Assembly: GCA_045614685.1 (NCBI GenBank)
Contig: JAZLDJ010000010.1
Coordinates: 1-56,382 of the forward strand
Direction: 5' to 3'
Length of the DNA stretch: 56,382 nucleotides
Source: Alistipes sp.
GTDB taxonomy: Bacteria; Bacteroidota; Bacteroidia; Bacteroidales; Rikenellaceae
The position numbers and the translations under genes were made by a program. The notes under the pieces were generated by a model. It was not told the DNA's origin and did no database searches. It saw only the letters and a program-made list of their open reading frames with translations. Shown here one piece after another: positions 1-9,056 of the stretch. Every line of letters begins with the position of its first letter. The stretch's first letter is position 1.

Positions 1-698
1 ATAGGCTCTGTCGCAACATATCGAAGCGCATCGTCTTCGTTGGTAAAGGTTAGATAGTGGAAAGTCTCGTCAACATCATCAAGGGCAATCTTATCTTTAG
101 ACTCAGTAATGATAGCCTTCTGGATCTTTCCGAGGTTTCCAGATGCGCATTGAACATTCTCCGCGTAATACTCAACTGACACACCAAACTCTTGCTGCTT
201 GTCGAGTATGTGAGCAATATGAGGTTTTACCTCTTTCTTGCTGCAGGTAACGACGATGTTGATATTCTCGGGGAGTATTCTACTCGCTGCCGCAAGTTGG
301 ATAAGCAGATGCCAATAGTCAGCTTCACCCTTGGGCATATCCTCAGGCTCGATATTGCGAAGAAGAGATAACTTAATGCTCTTGCCGGCATAAGACTTTG
401 CATTCCAACCAACCTCAACAAGCGCATCTCGCCACGTAAGGATAGTTCGGCTCATACCCGCAGAGTCTGTCTTAAACGAGTTGTAGAATGGAGATGACAC
501 ATCTACCTTGCCCTGCATACAAGCGTGATAGTAGGCAATGCGCTCCTCGTTTGATACCGGCAGAATGGGAACGCCAGCATAGAAGAGTAATCGCTGCAAT
601 AACTGAGTGTTGCCGCAATATATATTGTCAACATCAACATTATTTTCATTCTTTCGATAAGGCGTAGCTGAATACGCAGGATTATAGTAGATTGTCAT
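1..698 (-). CDS. PD-(D/E)XK nuclease family / AddB-like protein, N-terminal part (runs off left edge)
   Basis: Not in the ORF track. Hand translation from ATG at 698 is open to the edge: MTIYYNPAYSATPY...SFKTDSAGMSRTILTWRDALVEVGW...; the F-x2-D...WRD-x-L-x3-GW pattern resembles N-termini of Bacteroidota AddB-like proteins. The nuclease domain itself is outside the window. Confidence 0.6.
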   Translation of the reverse strand, partial: MTIYYNPAYSATPYRKNENNVDVDNIYCGNTQLLQRLLFYAGVPILPVSNEERIAYYHACMQGKVDVSSPFYNSFKTDSAGMSRTILTWRDALVEVGWNAKSYAGKSIKLSLLRNIEPEDMPKGEADYWHLLIQLAAASRILPENINIVVTCSKKEVKPHIAHILDKQQEFGVSVEYYAENVQCASGNLGKIQKAIITESKDKIALDDVDETFHYLTFTNEDDALRYVATEP

Positions 699-719
699 AA
701 CTTTCTATTCTTCTTTCGA

Positions 720-878
720 TTAATACTCAACCTCAACATCGAGAATAATAGCGTTGGCATACGACGAGCTCATTCTCATAAGAGCCGCCTTCGCTGCACT
801 TGCGCTTCTTCCCTCTGCATTTACAACGGTAGTTGAGGTTGTACTGCCCTGACGATACTTAATTCTTAACCTATACAT
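720..878 (-). CDS. small hypothetical protein (52 aa)
   Basis: Hand translation MYRLRIKYRQGSTTSTTVVNAEGRSASAAKAALMRMSSSYANAIILDVEVEY*; fills the gap between co-oriented genes with ~20 nt spacers and an A-rich upstream region. Confidence 0.7.
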   Translation of the reverse strand: MYRLRIKYRQGSTTSTTVVNAEGRSASAAKAALMRMSSSYANAIILDVEVEY

Positions 879-897
879 ACTATAAACAAAATTTAAA

Positions 898-1635
898 TTA
901 ATATTCTATACTGTTTTCAATACTCTTCAAAAGGAGTTGAGCGTCTTCGACAATCTCGGTAAACTCTACTGCGTAAGTTGGCACATCGCAAGGGTATGTA
1001 TTGCGATGCAATCTTCCCTCAATATCGTTACATATAAGGTTGTACATATCCTTGTCTTTAGTTCTCAACTTGTTGAAACTAAAGTTTGGATTCACCATAT
1101 ATTCTGCAGTCAAATAGATGTATTTGTCATCAGGTAAGTTTAATAGCCAATTTAAAATTTTAGGAGGATTATCCATTCCATCAGGGAAGGTTGCGATTTT
1201 TATACGATAGCAGTAGTATTTGGTGTTTAGGTCAATATCCGTAACGACTGTAGACCTAAAGAATCGGCTTTCTTCGCACAGATACTCCTTGTCACTCAGC
1301 TCTACAATCGCTTCCGATACAACATCATTGCGCCATGCATCGTCAATTTCTTCACCCTGAGCAATCTCCTCGGCATAAGCCTTATTGATATAAGCATCTA
1401 TAAACTCTTTAATTTCCGATACATTATCCTCGCTCAATGGTTTTAATAGCTCAAATTCAAGACCATCTTCTACATCTTCCTCATAATTTACAATATGGTA
1501 TGCCTGTCTTGCCTTGGTCTTTAAGAACTCCGTCACAATCTCTGTATATTTTTGACGCTTTGCTTTCCAACCGTCCATAATTTCAAACATCTCCTCAATC
1601 GAATTGACTTCATTTACCTTCTCCATAACATACAT
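898..1635 (-). CDS. acidic hypothetical protein, paralog of 4006-4452 and 4430-5089
   Basis: 245 aa; C-terminal IDLNT..Y..KIA.F...NP..SFN...PTYAVEFTEIVEDA shared with the two paralogs. Confidence 0.85.
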   Translation of the reverse strand: MYVMEKVNEVNSIEEMFEIMDGWKAKRQKYTEIVTEFLKTKARQAYHIVNYEEDVEDGLEFELLKPLSEDNVSEIKEFIDAYINKAYAEEIAQGEEIDDAWRNDVVSEAIVELSDKEYLCEESRFFRSTVVTDIDLNTKYYCYRIKIATFPDGMDNPPKILNWLLNLPDDKYIYLTAEYMVNPNFSFNKLRTKDKDMYNLICNDIEGRLHRNTYPCDVPTYAVEFTEIVEDAQLLLKSIENSIEY

Positions 1636-1653
1636 AGCTTTATAGGGTGATAA

Positions 1654-2178
1654 CTATTTATTAAATACTTGTTCCACAATTGCTTGCGGAATAGAAATTT
1701 CATACTGCTCGTCTACACCACATCTCGCCTCCGACAGCTCGAACTCATCAAATCCCATATAGTTGAAGCACAAATCTTCTTGCTCTTTGCGAGTTGCTCT
1801 TTTCCAGAACTCGCGCAACCAATTGTTAAAATCGCCGCCATTGTCTTCGTTAAAGTCGGGACAGCCATATTGCTCTTGGCAATAAGATATAAGCTCCTCC
1901 TCGTCATAATCATTATCAGATAAGTGCCAAATTGACGAATCAAGCCAATCCTTCTCAACGATGTCGACGGCAATTTCGTCGCAAGAGTTGTAGATCTTCT
2001 CGTATATTCTCGGCAGATTCTCCTCGAGATTCAACTCTTCGGTGTCGCTTGTGTTGTATTCTTGCATAAGGCACACAAGCTGTTGTACCTCGTCGTCGCT
2101 AAGTTCTACTTGGCAAACACCCTCATATAAACTTGGGTATTCTCCCCAAATTTTGAATTTAATCTCATACTGTGCCAT
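1654..2178 (-). CDS. very acidic hypothetical protein
   Basis: 174 aa ORF in a tight operon; VELSDDE motif echoes the RLSDDE/FSDEE of the neighbouring paralogs. Confidence 0.8.
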   Translation of the reverse strand: MAQYEIKFKIWGEYPSLYEGVCQVELSDDEVQQLVCLMQEYNTSDTEELNLEENLPRIYEKIYNSCDEIAVDIVEKDWLDSSIWHLSDNDYDEEELISYCQEQYGCPDFNEDNGGDFNNWLREFWKRATRKEQEDLCFNYMGFDEFELSEARCGVDEQYEISIPQAIVEQVFNK

Positions 2179-2185
2179 AATATCT

Positions 2186-2644
2186 CTATTTTTGCCTGTT
2201 TAATAGTTCGACTAATTCATCTATTGCAGGCTTCATAGTCTCGTTATACATCTCTGGGAAGAGCCTCATATAGTACTCTTGGCTCACGCATCGAACGAAC
2301 ACCGTATCAAACATTGCCTCTGCTCGGTCAATAGCCTCAATGGCATTTTGCGAGGCTTCTGCTCTCAAAGATAGTGATTTTTGGTGAAAATCGGTGCGTG
2401 CATTCTGCAAAATATGCCAAAAATGTGAAGCAATTTCGAGAGGGAAGCCCGTGCAGATACATTTTTCTATATCTTCACCCCAATCGCCTGTGTTCGGACG
2501 GTAGTACTTTTCGGACAAGTCAGACCAAGTTACTGTTGAGTAATCCGAGTAACAGCTTATCTCTCTGACGAAATTTGTCGTGGTGTCTTGTTTGCAGCTT
2601 GTTACAAGCATAGCAGTAAACAGCATTAGCAAATATCTTCTCAT
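2186..2644 (-). CDS. putative lipoprotein
   Basis: MRRYLLMLFTAMLVTSC lipobox-type signal peptide. Confidence 0.75.
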   Translation of the reverse strand: MRRYLLMLFTAMLVTSCKQDTTTNFVREISCYSDYSTVTWSDLSEKYYRPNTGDWGEDIEKCICTGFPLEIASHFWHILQNARTDFHQKSLSLRAEASQNAIEAIDRAEAMFDTVFVRCVSQEYYMRLFPEMYNETMKPAIDELVELLNRQK

Positions 2645-2689
2645 ACCTTATTAGGTTTGTCAGGAATACTTTGTCGGTTTGGTGACTAC

Positions 2690-3973
2690 CTATTCAACAA
2701 CGGAATAGGTAGTGCCATTTTCATCTTTTGCTAGGCGGAACTTCTCCTGCATAGTTGGGTTGCCATAAGTCAGTTTTCGAATGGTTAGTTCTTCTGCCTT
2801 ATCGTTTGCAAGTCGCAGATTGTTCTCCGAGCCGAGCAAAGCGCTCTTAATCTTCTGGAGGTGGTCGATAGACTTATCAATCTCCGTGATTGCTGTCTGG
2901 AATTTCTCGCTGGCCAAGCGGTAGTTTCGGCCAAACTTATCCTTAAAGTCAGCGAGCTTATCCTCGAAGTTGCTAATATCAAGGGTCTGTTGGCGAGCAG
3001 CCTTCAACTCCAACATATACTCAACGTTCTTCTTTGCAGCCTGTGTCAACAAGGTGATAATAGGCACAAAGAACTGAGGGCGAACAACATACATCTTGTC
3101 GTAGCGGTGTGACATATTCACGATGCCCTGGTTGTACAACTCGTTGTCGCTCTCGAGCATCGAGACGAGGATCGCATACTCGCAACCCTTCTTACGACGG
3201 TCCTTGTCGAGCTTGTCGAGGTGTGTCTCATTCTTTGTCTTGTTTTTCGAGTCGTCAGCCTCGTTCTTCATCTCGAACATAATCGAGATATACTCCTCGC
3301 CATTGGCGTAGTCACGGAAGACAAAGTCACCCTTGGTGCCCTCTGCTATGGTGTTGTCCTTACCGAAATAGGCGTATGGCATAAATGGACGCAACGACTG
3401 CTCAAACTCGATAGAGCAGTGCTCCTCCAAGCTCTCGCCCAACATCTTGGTCGACTGCTTTGCCTTCATATCGCGGTAGAACGCAATCTGCTCATCCTTG
3501 TAACGAAGCTCGCTCTTATGTTGCTCTTGACTGAGGCGCATGTCACCCTCATACTGCTCCTTGATAGCCTTCTCTCGACTCGCCGCCTCTCGCTTCTCGC
3601 TTGCGACAGAGTTCTTGAGACTTGCAATCATAGTGTCGCGAGCAAACAACTCGTCTTTAAGACGACCCTGCTCCTCCAACACAGCAAAACGGAGCTTCTC
3701 ATCAGCACCTTCGAGCTTGGCGTTAAGCTGTGCAATCTCGCTATTCTTGCTCTGCAACTCGAGTTGTTGCTTTGCAAAAGTCTTCTCGTACTCCTCGCGA
3801 CATTGGAGCTTAACATTCTCGACCTTCTCGGCAAAGCGAGCTGTCATCTCTTCGAGTCGTCGCTCAACCTCAGCTTGAAATTCTGAATCTCGCACCTGCT
3901 TAACGATCGATGCAAAGTTATTCTCGTCAATTGTGAATGCTGTGTGGCACTGTGGGCAAATTACTTCATTCAT
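2690..3973 (-). CDS. DUF2130 family protein (Zn-ribbon, coiled coil, putative nuclease-like domain)
   Basis: [16 protein letters not shown] start, long coiled coil, [20 protein letters not shown]...[34 protein letters not shown]. Confidence 0.85.
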   Translation of the reverse strand: MNEVICPQCHTAFTIDENNFASIVKQVRDSEFQAEVERRLEEMTARFAEKVENVKLQCREEYEKTFAKQQLELQSKNSEIAQLNAKLEGADEKLRFAVLEEQGRLKDELFARDTMIASLKNSVASEKREAASREKAIKEQYEGDMRLSQEQHKSELRYKDEQIAFYRDMKAKQSTKMLGESLEEHCSIEFEQSLRPFMPYAYFGKDNTIAEGTKGDFVFRDYANGEEYISIMFEMKNEADDSKNKTKNETHLDKLDKDRRKKGCEYAILVSMLESDNELYNQGIVNMSHRYDKMYVVRPQFFVPIITLLTQAAKKNVEYMLELKAARQQTLDISNFEDKLADFKDKFGRNYRLASEKFQTAITEIDKSIDHLQKIKSALLGSENNLRLANDKAEELTIRKLTYGNPTMQEKFRLAKDENGTTYSVVE

Positions 3974-4005
3974 ATCTATAAATTATTTAAGGTTATTCTA
4001 TTCTG

Positions 4006-4452
4006 TTATTTATTCTCGTTCAGTGTGCGCAGAATCATCTCTGCGTCTCTTTTTATCTCGGTGAGATACACAGCGTATGTGCCTATCTCCTCGTCCTCGT
4101 AGAACCTATCCTCCACCTCATACTCTATGTTAATCTTCGCTTCGGTGTCGATATCGTAGTGGTTAAATCCGCAAGTCGGGTTTTGGAGTTGCCACTGCAA
4201 TAGTCGCAGGTACTCATCATCGGACAATCTTACCCTCATCGTTTCAACCTTTGGTGGCTCGTGAAAATCGTTTCCGAAAATAGCCACCTCAATCTCGTAT
4301 GTTCTGAACTCGAACTTGTTACCGGCAAACTCTTTGTACCCTACGGTATGTTGCTTGCCATCGAAGTAGTTTCGACATAACTCCGCGTAATAAAATCGTT
4401 TCTCTTCCTGTGTCATACGCCGCAATCTACTAGTTGTTACCATACTTCTCAA
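4006..4452 (-). CDS. hypothetical protein, short member of the paralog family
   Basis: 148 aa; LSDDEYLRLLQWQLQNPTCGFN...TYAVYLTEIKRDA; overlaps the upstream gene by 23 nt. Confidence 0.8.
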   Translation of the reverse strand: MRSMVTTSRLRRMTQEEKRFYYAELCRNYFDGKQHTVGYKEFAGNKFEFRTYEIEVAIFGNDFHEPPKVETMRVRLSDDEYLRLLQWQLQNPTCGFNHYDIDTEAKINIEYEVEDRFYEDEEIGTYAVYLTEIKRDAEMILRTLNENK

Positions 4453-5089
4453 TAATCATCTTTGCATCCGCCTCTATTTCAGTCATTTCGACCGCATAAG
4501 TCGGGGTGTAGAATGGCGGGTGATCTCCGCTGGTAAAGCAGTTGTCAAAACGATCACACAACATTTTATATAGCTCTGGAGCACTAACACGCAGGAAGTT
4601 AAAGCCAGAATGTGGGTTACTAATCTTCCAGTCAAGCAACACCGAGTATTCCTCGTCAGAAAAATTAAATCTAACATCTCTTACGGTAGCTGGAGCATCA
4701 ACTCCTTTGTAGAAAATCGCAATCTTAAAAGCATATCTGTGATATACGGTATTGAGATCAATGCTTTCTGGAGCGAGGTACCACTGTCCATGACCGTCTA
4801 CCTTTTGATTCAGAAACTCATACTTTTTGCCAATTTCCTCATCTTCTAAATATGCCCAAAGATACTCGCCATCCTGTTTGGCACGAGCAATAAGTTCGCG
4901 TACTAATGCAATCTGCTCGTCGCTAAACTCCTTAAAATACTCCGGAGTATAATCATCACAATCTCCGTCGTCGTAGAAATAACGGCGATAGGTTACTAAA
5001 TAACTATTTGTGCGCGGTTTTGTTGTGAGGTAGTCAGCAATGGCAGCTTTGCGACCAAGATCCGAGTTGAGATTGTAAGATGCCTTCAT
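4430..5089 (-). CDS. hypothetical protein, paralog family, first gene of operon
   Basis: 219 aa; IDLNTVYHRYAFKIAIF...FSDEEYSVLLDWKISNPHSGFN...PTYAVEMTEIEADA. Confidence 0.85.
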   Translation of the reverse strand: MKASYNLNSDLGRKAAIADYLTTKPRTNSYLVTYRRYFYDDGDCDDYTPEYFKEFSDEQIALVRELIARAKQDGEYLWAYLEDEEIGKKYEFLNQKVDGHGQWYLAPESIDLNTVYHRYAFKIAIFYKGVDAPATVRDVRFNFSDEEYSVLLDWKISNPHSGFNFLRVSAPELYKMLCDRFDNCFTSGDHPPFYTPTYAVEMTEIEADAKMIIEKYGNN

Positions 5090-5136
5090 AGTCTGATAGG
5101 TATTAAAGGTTTGACTTTTAGTTTGTTTCGATGGTG

Positions 5137-5144
5137 CAAAGATA
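5137..5144 (-). promoter_or_regulatory. Bacteroidota -7 promoter box for the left operon
   Basis: TATCTTTG on the minus strand, 48 nt upstream of ATG 5089. Confidence 0.65.
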
Positions 5145-5244
5145 TGTCAAAAGTTATTTTTAGGAGAATTAAATATATGTATATAAAAATTGCAAAATTC
5201 AACTTTTTCCCTTACATAAATTTAGCAGTTGTTTTATTTTTTTG

Positions 5245-5252
5245 TATTTTTG
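5245..5252 (+). promoter_or_regulatory. Bacteroidota -7 promoter box (divergent)
   Basis: TATTTTTG 24 nt upstream of ATG 5276. Confidence 0.5.
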
Positions 5253-5275
5253 TGCTGTTATACCACAGAGCAAGT

Positions 5276-6364
5276 ATGAAAACATCCAAGGATAGATATC
5301 GTCTTTTAAATTTTAGCTATAAAGTCGTGCATGTTATTGTGCCTAATGAGCAATATGATGAGCTGGCAGGTCGCATTGATGCACTTAATCAATGCAGTAA
5401 TCTTACTTGTGGAGTATTTCGCTTTGTTGCGTATAAGAAGTTTCTAAGAAATACCTCTTCGCTTCATCCGATTATTGCCGAACACATTGGAGATAACAAT
5501 TTGTTTGTCAGATTGAGGGGTGGAGTAAATCAATATTTCAGATATGGTTATGACTATGTGGATTTAACAGCCGATGCCGATGTTGTGGAGGCGACAATTG
5601 CAGAATTCATCAAAGCAATCTGCAAAGATATACTTGGGCTCATAGATATCAAGATAGCCAAACTTGCGGAATCTCCCCAGGAGAATGAGGAGAAACTTGT
5701 ACTATCTCAAAAAGCAAAAGATAAATACACATCTTATTATAACCAGGCCGGTGCAGAAAAGGGTGTATATAAAAGGGTCTTGTCCGGAACGAATTCCCAG
5801 AATGTGCAGATATACCTCAAGCAGGTGCCGATAATATACTACAACAAACCGACTATGCGTTATGGCGTAGAGATATCGGTTAATGACACCAAAGTGTTGT
5901 TGTATATCGGAGATAAGACACAGTCTATATTATATATGGCTGCGCTCGTCAGATTTAAGATGGGGCAACCGCTCTATCTTCACGAGCTATACCGAAATTC
6001 GCACGGCTTACGCTCTGTTTACAAACGAGAGAAGACGTATAAGTGGTTTGCACGAATATTTAATGATCTATTTGGTAGAACGTCATCTTTCGAGAAGTGG
6101 GCAAACCCTATTCGAGATAATCAACCGACACCGAGGATTGGTCACGACTTTAACCAAGCCAAGTCGGCCATTGAAGCTAAATTAGAAGCTCTCTTTGGTG
6201 AAAATTTAGCGCTTGCTGTTGATATTTGTTGTTTGCATATTGATTCCGATGATAAGGGCGATACCTATTATACATTTAAATGCAATCCTGAGGATATTAT
6301 TTTAGACGAGACGGCTAAAAAGTGGAGTATTTTTTTCAAAAAACTCTATTCCCAGCGCTATTAG
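5276..6364 (+). CDS. hypothetical protein, possible transcriptional regulator
   Basis: Start moved to ATG 5276 (MKTSKDRY), downstream of the -7 box. Divergent from the left operon. C-terminal ILYMAAL...LHELY...FNQAKSAIEAKL is loosely winged-helix-like; the function call is weak. Confidence 0.55.
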   Translation: MKTSKDRYRLLNFSYKVVHVIVPNEQYDELAGRIDALNQCSNLTCGVFRFVAYKKFLRNTSSLHPIIAEHIGDNNLFVRLRGGVNQYFRYGYDYVDLTADADVVEATIAEFIKAICKDILGLIDIKIAKLAESPQENEEKLVLSQKAKDKYTSYYNQAGAEKGVYKRVLSGTNSQNVQIYLKQVPIIYYNKPTMRYGVEISVNDTKVLLYIGDKTQSILYMAALVRFKMGQPLYLHELYRNSHGLRSVYKREKTYKWFARIFNDLFGRTSSFEKWANPIRDNQPTPRIGHDFNQAKSAIEAKLEALFGENLALAVDICCLHIDSDDKGDTYYTFKCNPEDIILDETAKKWSIFFKKLYSQRY

Positions 6365-6405
6365 ATAAAAATAGCGTTTTTCTCGATTTTTCAAAATTTT
6401 ATATA

Positions 6406-6424
6406 CCTATAAAAATTTTATAGG
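6406..6424. promoter_or_regulatory. palindrome, candidate operator
   Basis: CCTATAAAA-A-TTTTATAGG, 9-bp perfect arms, just upstream of the TACCTTTG -7 box at 6441-6448. Confidence 0.45.
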
Positions 6425-6447
6425 AGTTATTAGTTTGACTTACCTTT

Positions 6448-6488
6448 GCAGTGTGGTTCCGATAGTGACATACCACACTGCTTTTTTT
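6448..6488 (+). terminator. intrinsic terminator-like hairpin
   Basis: GCAGTGTGGT-(14 nt)-ACCACACTGC followed by T7. Confidence 0.7.
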
Positions 6489-6521
6489 GTAAATAATATA
6501 GTATAATAGGAGGAATAGATT

Positions 6522-8240
6522 ATGGGAGGGACATCAAGACGAAAAGAAGAAATTATGGCGTTCAATGACTTTGAAAACCCAACTTGGGTTACGCCGGAGA
6601 TAGATAATAGCGCGCAGCTTACACTTCACAAAGCAATCGAGCAGATTGTGGATATAGCCCGTGGATCAGGGTTGAATGATGAAGTATATAAGATAGCTGC
6701 TCGCCCTATTGGCTATATATCCAATAGGCTAAATATTAGCGAGTTGCAGGCGGTGGTTTTTGCGGTAGCAATGAGTATGTACTATGATAGTCGCATCCAA
6801 CTTACCGATATTGCTCGCTGTTTGGACATAACCCCTCTTGCTGCCATTCCGTTGATGAATGATATTGAGGAGTTATGCCGATTGCGCTATTTGCAGAGTA
6901 AGCAAGATGATGGAACAACCATTTATTGGGTGCCATCAGCAACATTGAAGGCGGTGCAATGCAACGATGAAATTTGCACAGCCCACTCGAAAGTTGCCAA
7001 CACTGAGGCTTGGTTTGCTGAACTAGACTCACTTTTTACCGAGCGAAACAATGGAGAGAAGACATTCGACATGCTCTGCAATGATGTCAAGTTCCTTTTA
7101 CAAGACAATCCAGAATTGCTCTTTGTCCAGCAATTCCAATCTATATGCAACGAGATGAAGGAGGATAGCCAGATGCTCTTCCTCTTGTGTTGTAATATGC
7201 TCGTTTCCGACTCGGTGCAACACATCACTTCGGGTTGTTTCCGCACCATCTTTCAGTCGTTCGAGTGCCGAAATCATAGTGCAGCACTTTCGAAGGGCTC
7301 GCATCCGCTGATTAAGTTGGGCTTATTGCGTCTTGCAAATTGTGATGGCGTTTGCGTAAAGGACACTTACGAGTTAACACCGAAGGTGATTAAGGAGATG
7401 CTTTCGGAGGTAAAAGTATCTTATAAGCAAATTAAGCCAAAGGGTGTTATCCGCCACGCCTCAATAGTCAAAAAAGATATGTTCTACAACCCAGAAGAGA
7501 TGCGCCAAATTGAGCAGCTTACCTCGCTCCTACAACCCGAGCGTTTCGCCGAGGTGCGCAGTCGTCTTCGCGAGCGGGGTTTCCGCAGTGGGTTTGCCTG
7601 TCTGTTCTATGGAGCGCCAGGTACTGGCAAGACCGAAACTGTGTTGCAGTTAGCTCGTCTGACAGGCCGCAACTTGGTAGAGGTGAATGTTGATGAAATT
7701 AAAAGTAAATGGGTAGGTGAAAGTGAGCAGAATATCAAGGAGGTATTTGCTCGTTACAGAAATATGGTGAAACTATCGAAGGTTGCACCTATCCTATTCT
7801 TCAACGAGGCAGATGCCATCTTCGGTAAGCGTCTTGAGAATATCAGACACTCGGTGGACAAAATGGAGAATTCAATGCAGAATATCATACTTGAGGAGTT
7901 GGAAAGCCTTGATGGTATTTTAATAGCCACAACCAACCTTACTTGCAACCTTGATGGGGCATTTGAACGCCGTTTCCTCTACAAGATAGAGTTCAATAAG
8001 CCGACGGTTGAGGCAAAGAGCTCTATTTGGAAGTCAATGATACCTGAACTTAATGAGGTTGATGCCCGTGCGCTTGCCGAGCGTTACGATTTTAGCGGAG
8101 GACAAATTGAGAATATCGCTCGCAAGAATGTTGTAGATGCGATTCTTACAGGCGAGGAGGTGTCGTTTGACACTATTGTTCGTCACTGCAATGCGGAACA
8201 AATAGGCGGCAATGGAACAAGAAATCGAATAGGTTTTTAA
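6522..8240 (+). CDS. AAA+ ATPase (classical AAA clade) with N-terminal helical domains
   Basis: Walker A GAPGTGKT, SKWVGESEQNI, Walker B ILFFNEADAIF, ATTN...LDGAFERRF, FSGGQIENI, terminal RIGF; alternative start ATG 6555. Confidence 0.9.
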   Translation: MGGTSRRKEEIMAFNDFENPTWVTPEIDNSAQLTLHKAIEQIVDIARGSGLNDEVYKIAARPIGYISNRLNISELQAVVFAVAMSMYYDSRIQLTDIARCLDITPLAAIPLMNDIEELCRLRYLQSKQDDGTTIYWVPSATLKAVQCNDEICTAHSKVANTEAWFAELDSLFTERNNGEKTFDMLCNDVKFLLQDNPELLFVQQFQSICNEMKEDSQMLFLLCCNMLVSDSVQHITSGCFRTIFQSFECRNHSAALSKGSHPLIKLGLLRLANCDGVCVKDTYELTPKVIKEMLSEVKVSYKQIKPKGVIRHASIVKKDMFYNPEEMRQIEQLTSLLQPERFAEVRSRLRERGFRSGFACLFYGAPGTGKTETVLQLARLTGRNLVEVNVDEIKSKWVGESEQNIKEVFARYRNMVKLSKVAPILFFNEADAIFGKRLENIRHSVDKMENSMQNIILEELESLDGILIATTNLTCNLDGAFERRFLYKIEFNKPTVEAKSSIWKSMIPELNEVDARALAERYDFSGGQIENIARKNVVDAILTGEEVSFDTIVRHCNAEQIGGNGTRNRIGF

Positions 8241-8275
8241 TAATTAAAGAGACAATACTTCTAGTTTGCAATAAA

Positions 8276-8465
8276 TGAGATATTTATAGATATGAGTAGT
8301 AAGTCAATAGAAATGTTAACAGAGGAGCAACGCAAACTGCACGAAGAGTTTACCCGTTGCCAAAATTGGGAAGAGGTTGAGGAGTTTTTGAAAAAAGTGG
8401 AAATGATTAATGAATCCCAAGAAAATAATGAGATACCTTATTACGATATGACATTAGAAGAGTAT
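8276..8465 (+). repeat. 190-bp direct repeat, copy 1
   Basis: Matches 10260-10449 with 4 mismatches by manual comparison. Confidence 0.95.
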
Positions 8466-8522
8466 TGCAAAAAATACAATTGCAAAACATTAGATGAGGT
8501 AATGAAAAAATATGGATTTTAA
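8292..8522 (+). CDS. small acidic protein (76 aa), antitoxin-like, copy 1
   Basis: MSSKSIEMLTEEQ...INESQE...DMTLEEY; stop overlaps the next ATG (TAATG). Confidence 0.75.
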   Translation: MSSKSIEMLTEEQRKLHEEFTRCQNWEEVEEFLKKVEMINESQENNEIPYYDMTLEEYCKKYNCKTLDEVMKKYGF

Positions 8523-8668
8523 TGCTTATAAATTGTATGAATAAAGATGAATATTTTACCGTAGAGGAGTTTTCTAATCAACTTCACGCATATATAGACA
8601 GACTTGAAAAAAAATATAAAAACAGCAACCACTACAACTATGAGCAAGAACACAGATTACAAGATTAA
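8522..8668 (+). CDS. small protein (48 aa), translationally coupled
   Basis: Hand translation MLINCMNKDEYFTVEEFSNQLHAYIDRLEKKYKNSNHYNYEQEHRLQD*; TVEEF motif shared with neighbours. Confidence 0.45.
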   Translation: MLINCMNKDEYFTVEEFSNQLHAYIDRLEKKYKNSNHYNYEQEHRLQD

Positions 8669-9056
8669 GAATGTCGCAGTTTCTACAAACGGACGAAACG
8701 AAATTTACTTCGATGTTGAATGGGAAGGTGACGATACGCTTGACTGCTATGAATTAAGAGTATTAGACCAGCACCGCAACTACTTGCAGAGTGCCGGGTA
8801 TGCAGCACACAATCAAAGGGTTATAGTCAAGAACTATGACTTGGGGTTAAAACATAAAGCACTTTGTTCCGAGGTTTTTCACATTGAGCTAGTAGCCGCC
8901 GACTATGTTGAGAGAGAGGAGGATCTAAAGTGGCGTGTCTTGGCGAGCTACGAGCCAATCTTTGTGGACATATACTACGAGTATCATATGTTCCATAAGA
9001 ATGTGTTGGAGATTAGAGAGCCGAAGAAGGAAAGTCCAGCGGTACACATCATATGA
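8640..9056 (+). CDS. hypothetical beta-rich protein
   Basis: Likely ATG 8640 (MSKNTDYKIKNV); the last ~10 codons overlap the SLOG remnant. Confidence 0.65.
   Translation: MSKNTDYKIKNVAVSTNGRNEIYFDVEWEGDDTLDCYELRVLDQHRNYLQSAGYAAHNQRVIVKNYDLGLKHKALCSEVFHIELVAADYVEREEDLKWRVLASYEPIFVDIYYEYHMFHKNVLEIREPKKESPAVHII

Noticed and set aside
5111-5275. Hydrophobic N-terminal extension of ORF 5111-6364 as a transmembrane segment
   Set aside because: It spans the divergent promoter region; ATG 5276 after the -7 box is the better start. Similar over-extended starts at 12968, 42088, 44869, 45964 and 46145 were also trimmed
7780-7825. Walker B FFNEAD as a sign of an inactive ATPase
   Set aside because: The catalytic Glu and other AAA motifs are intact, and I recall NEAD as a usual variant in this Bacteroidota subfamily
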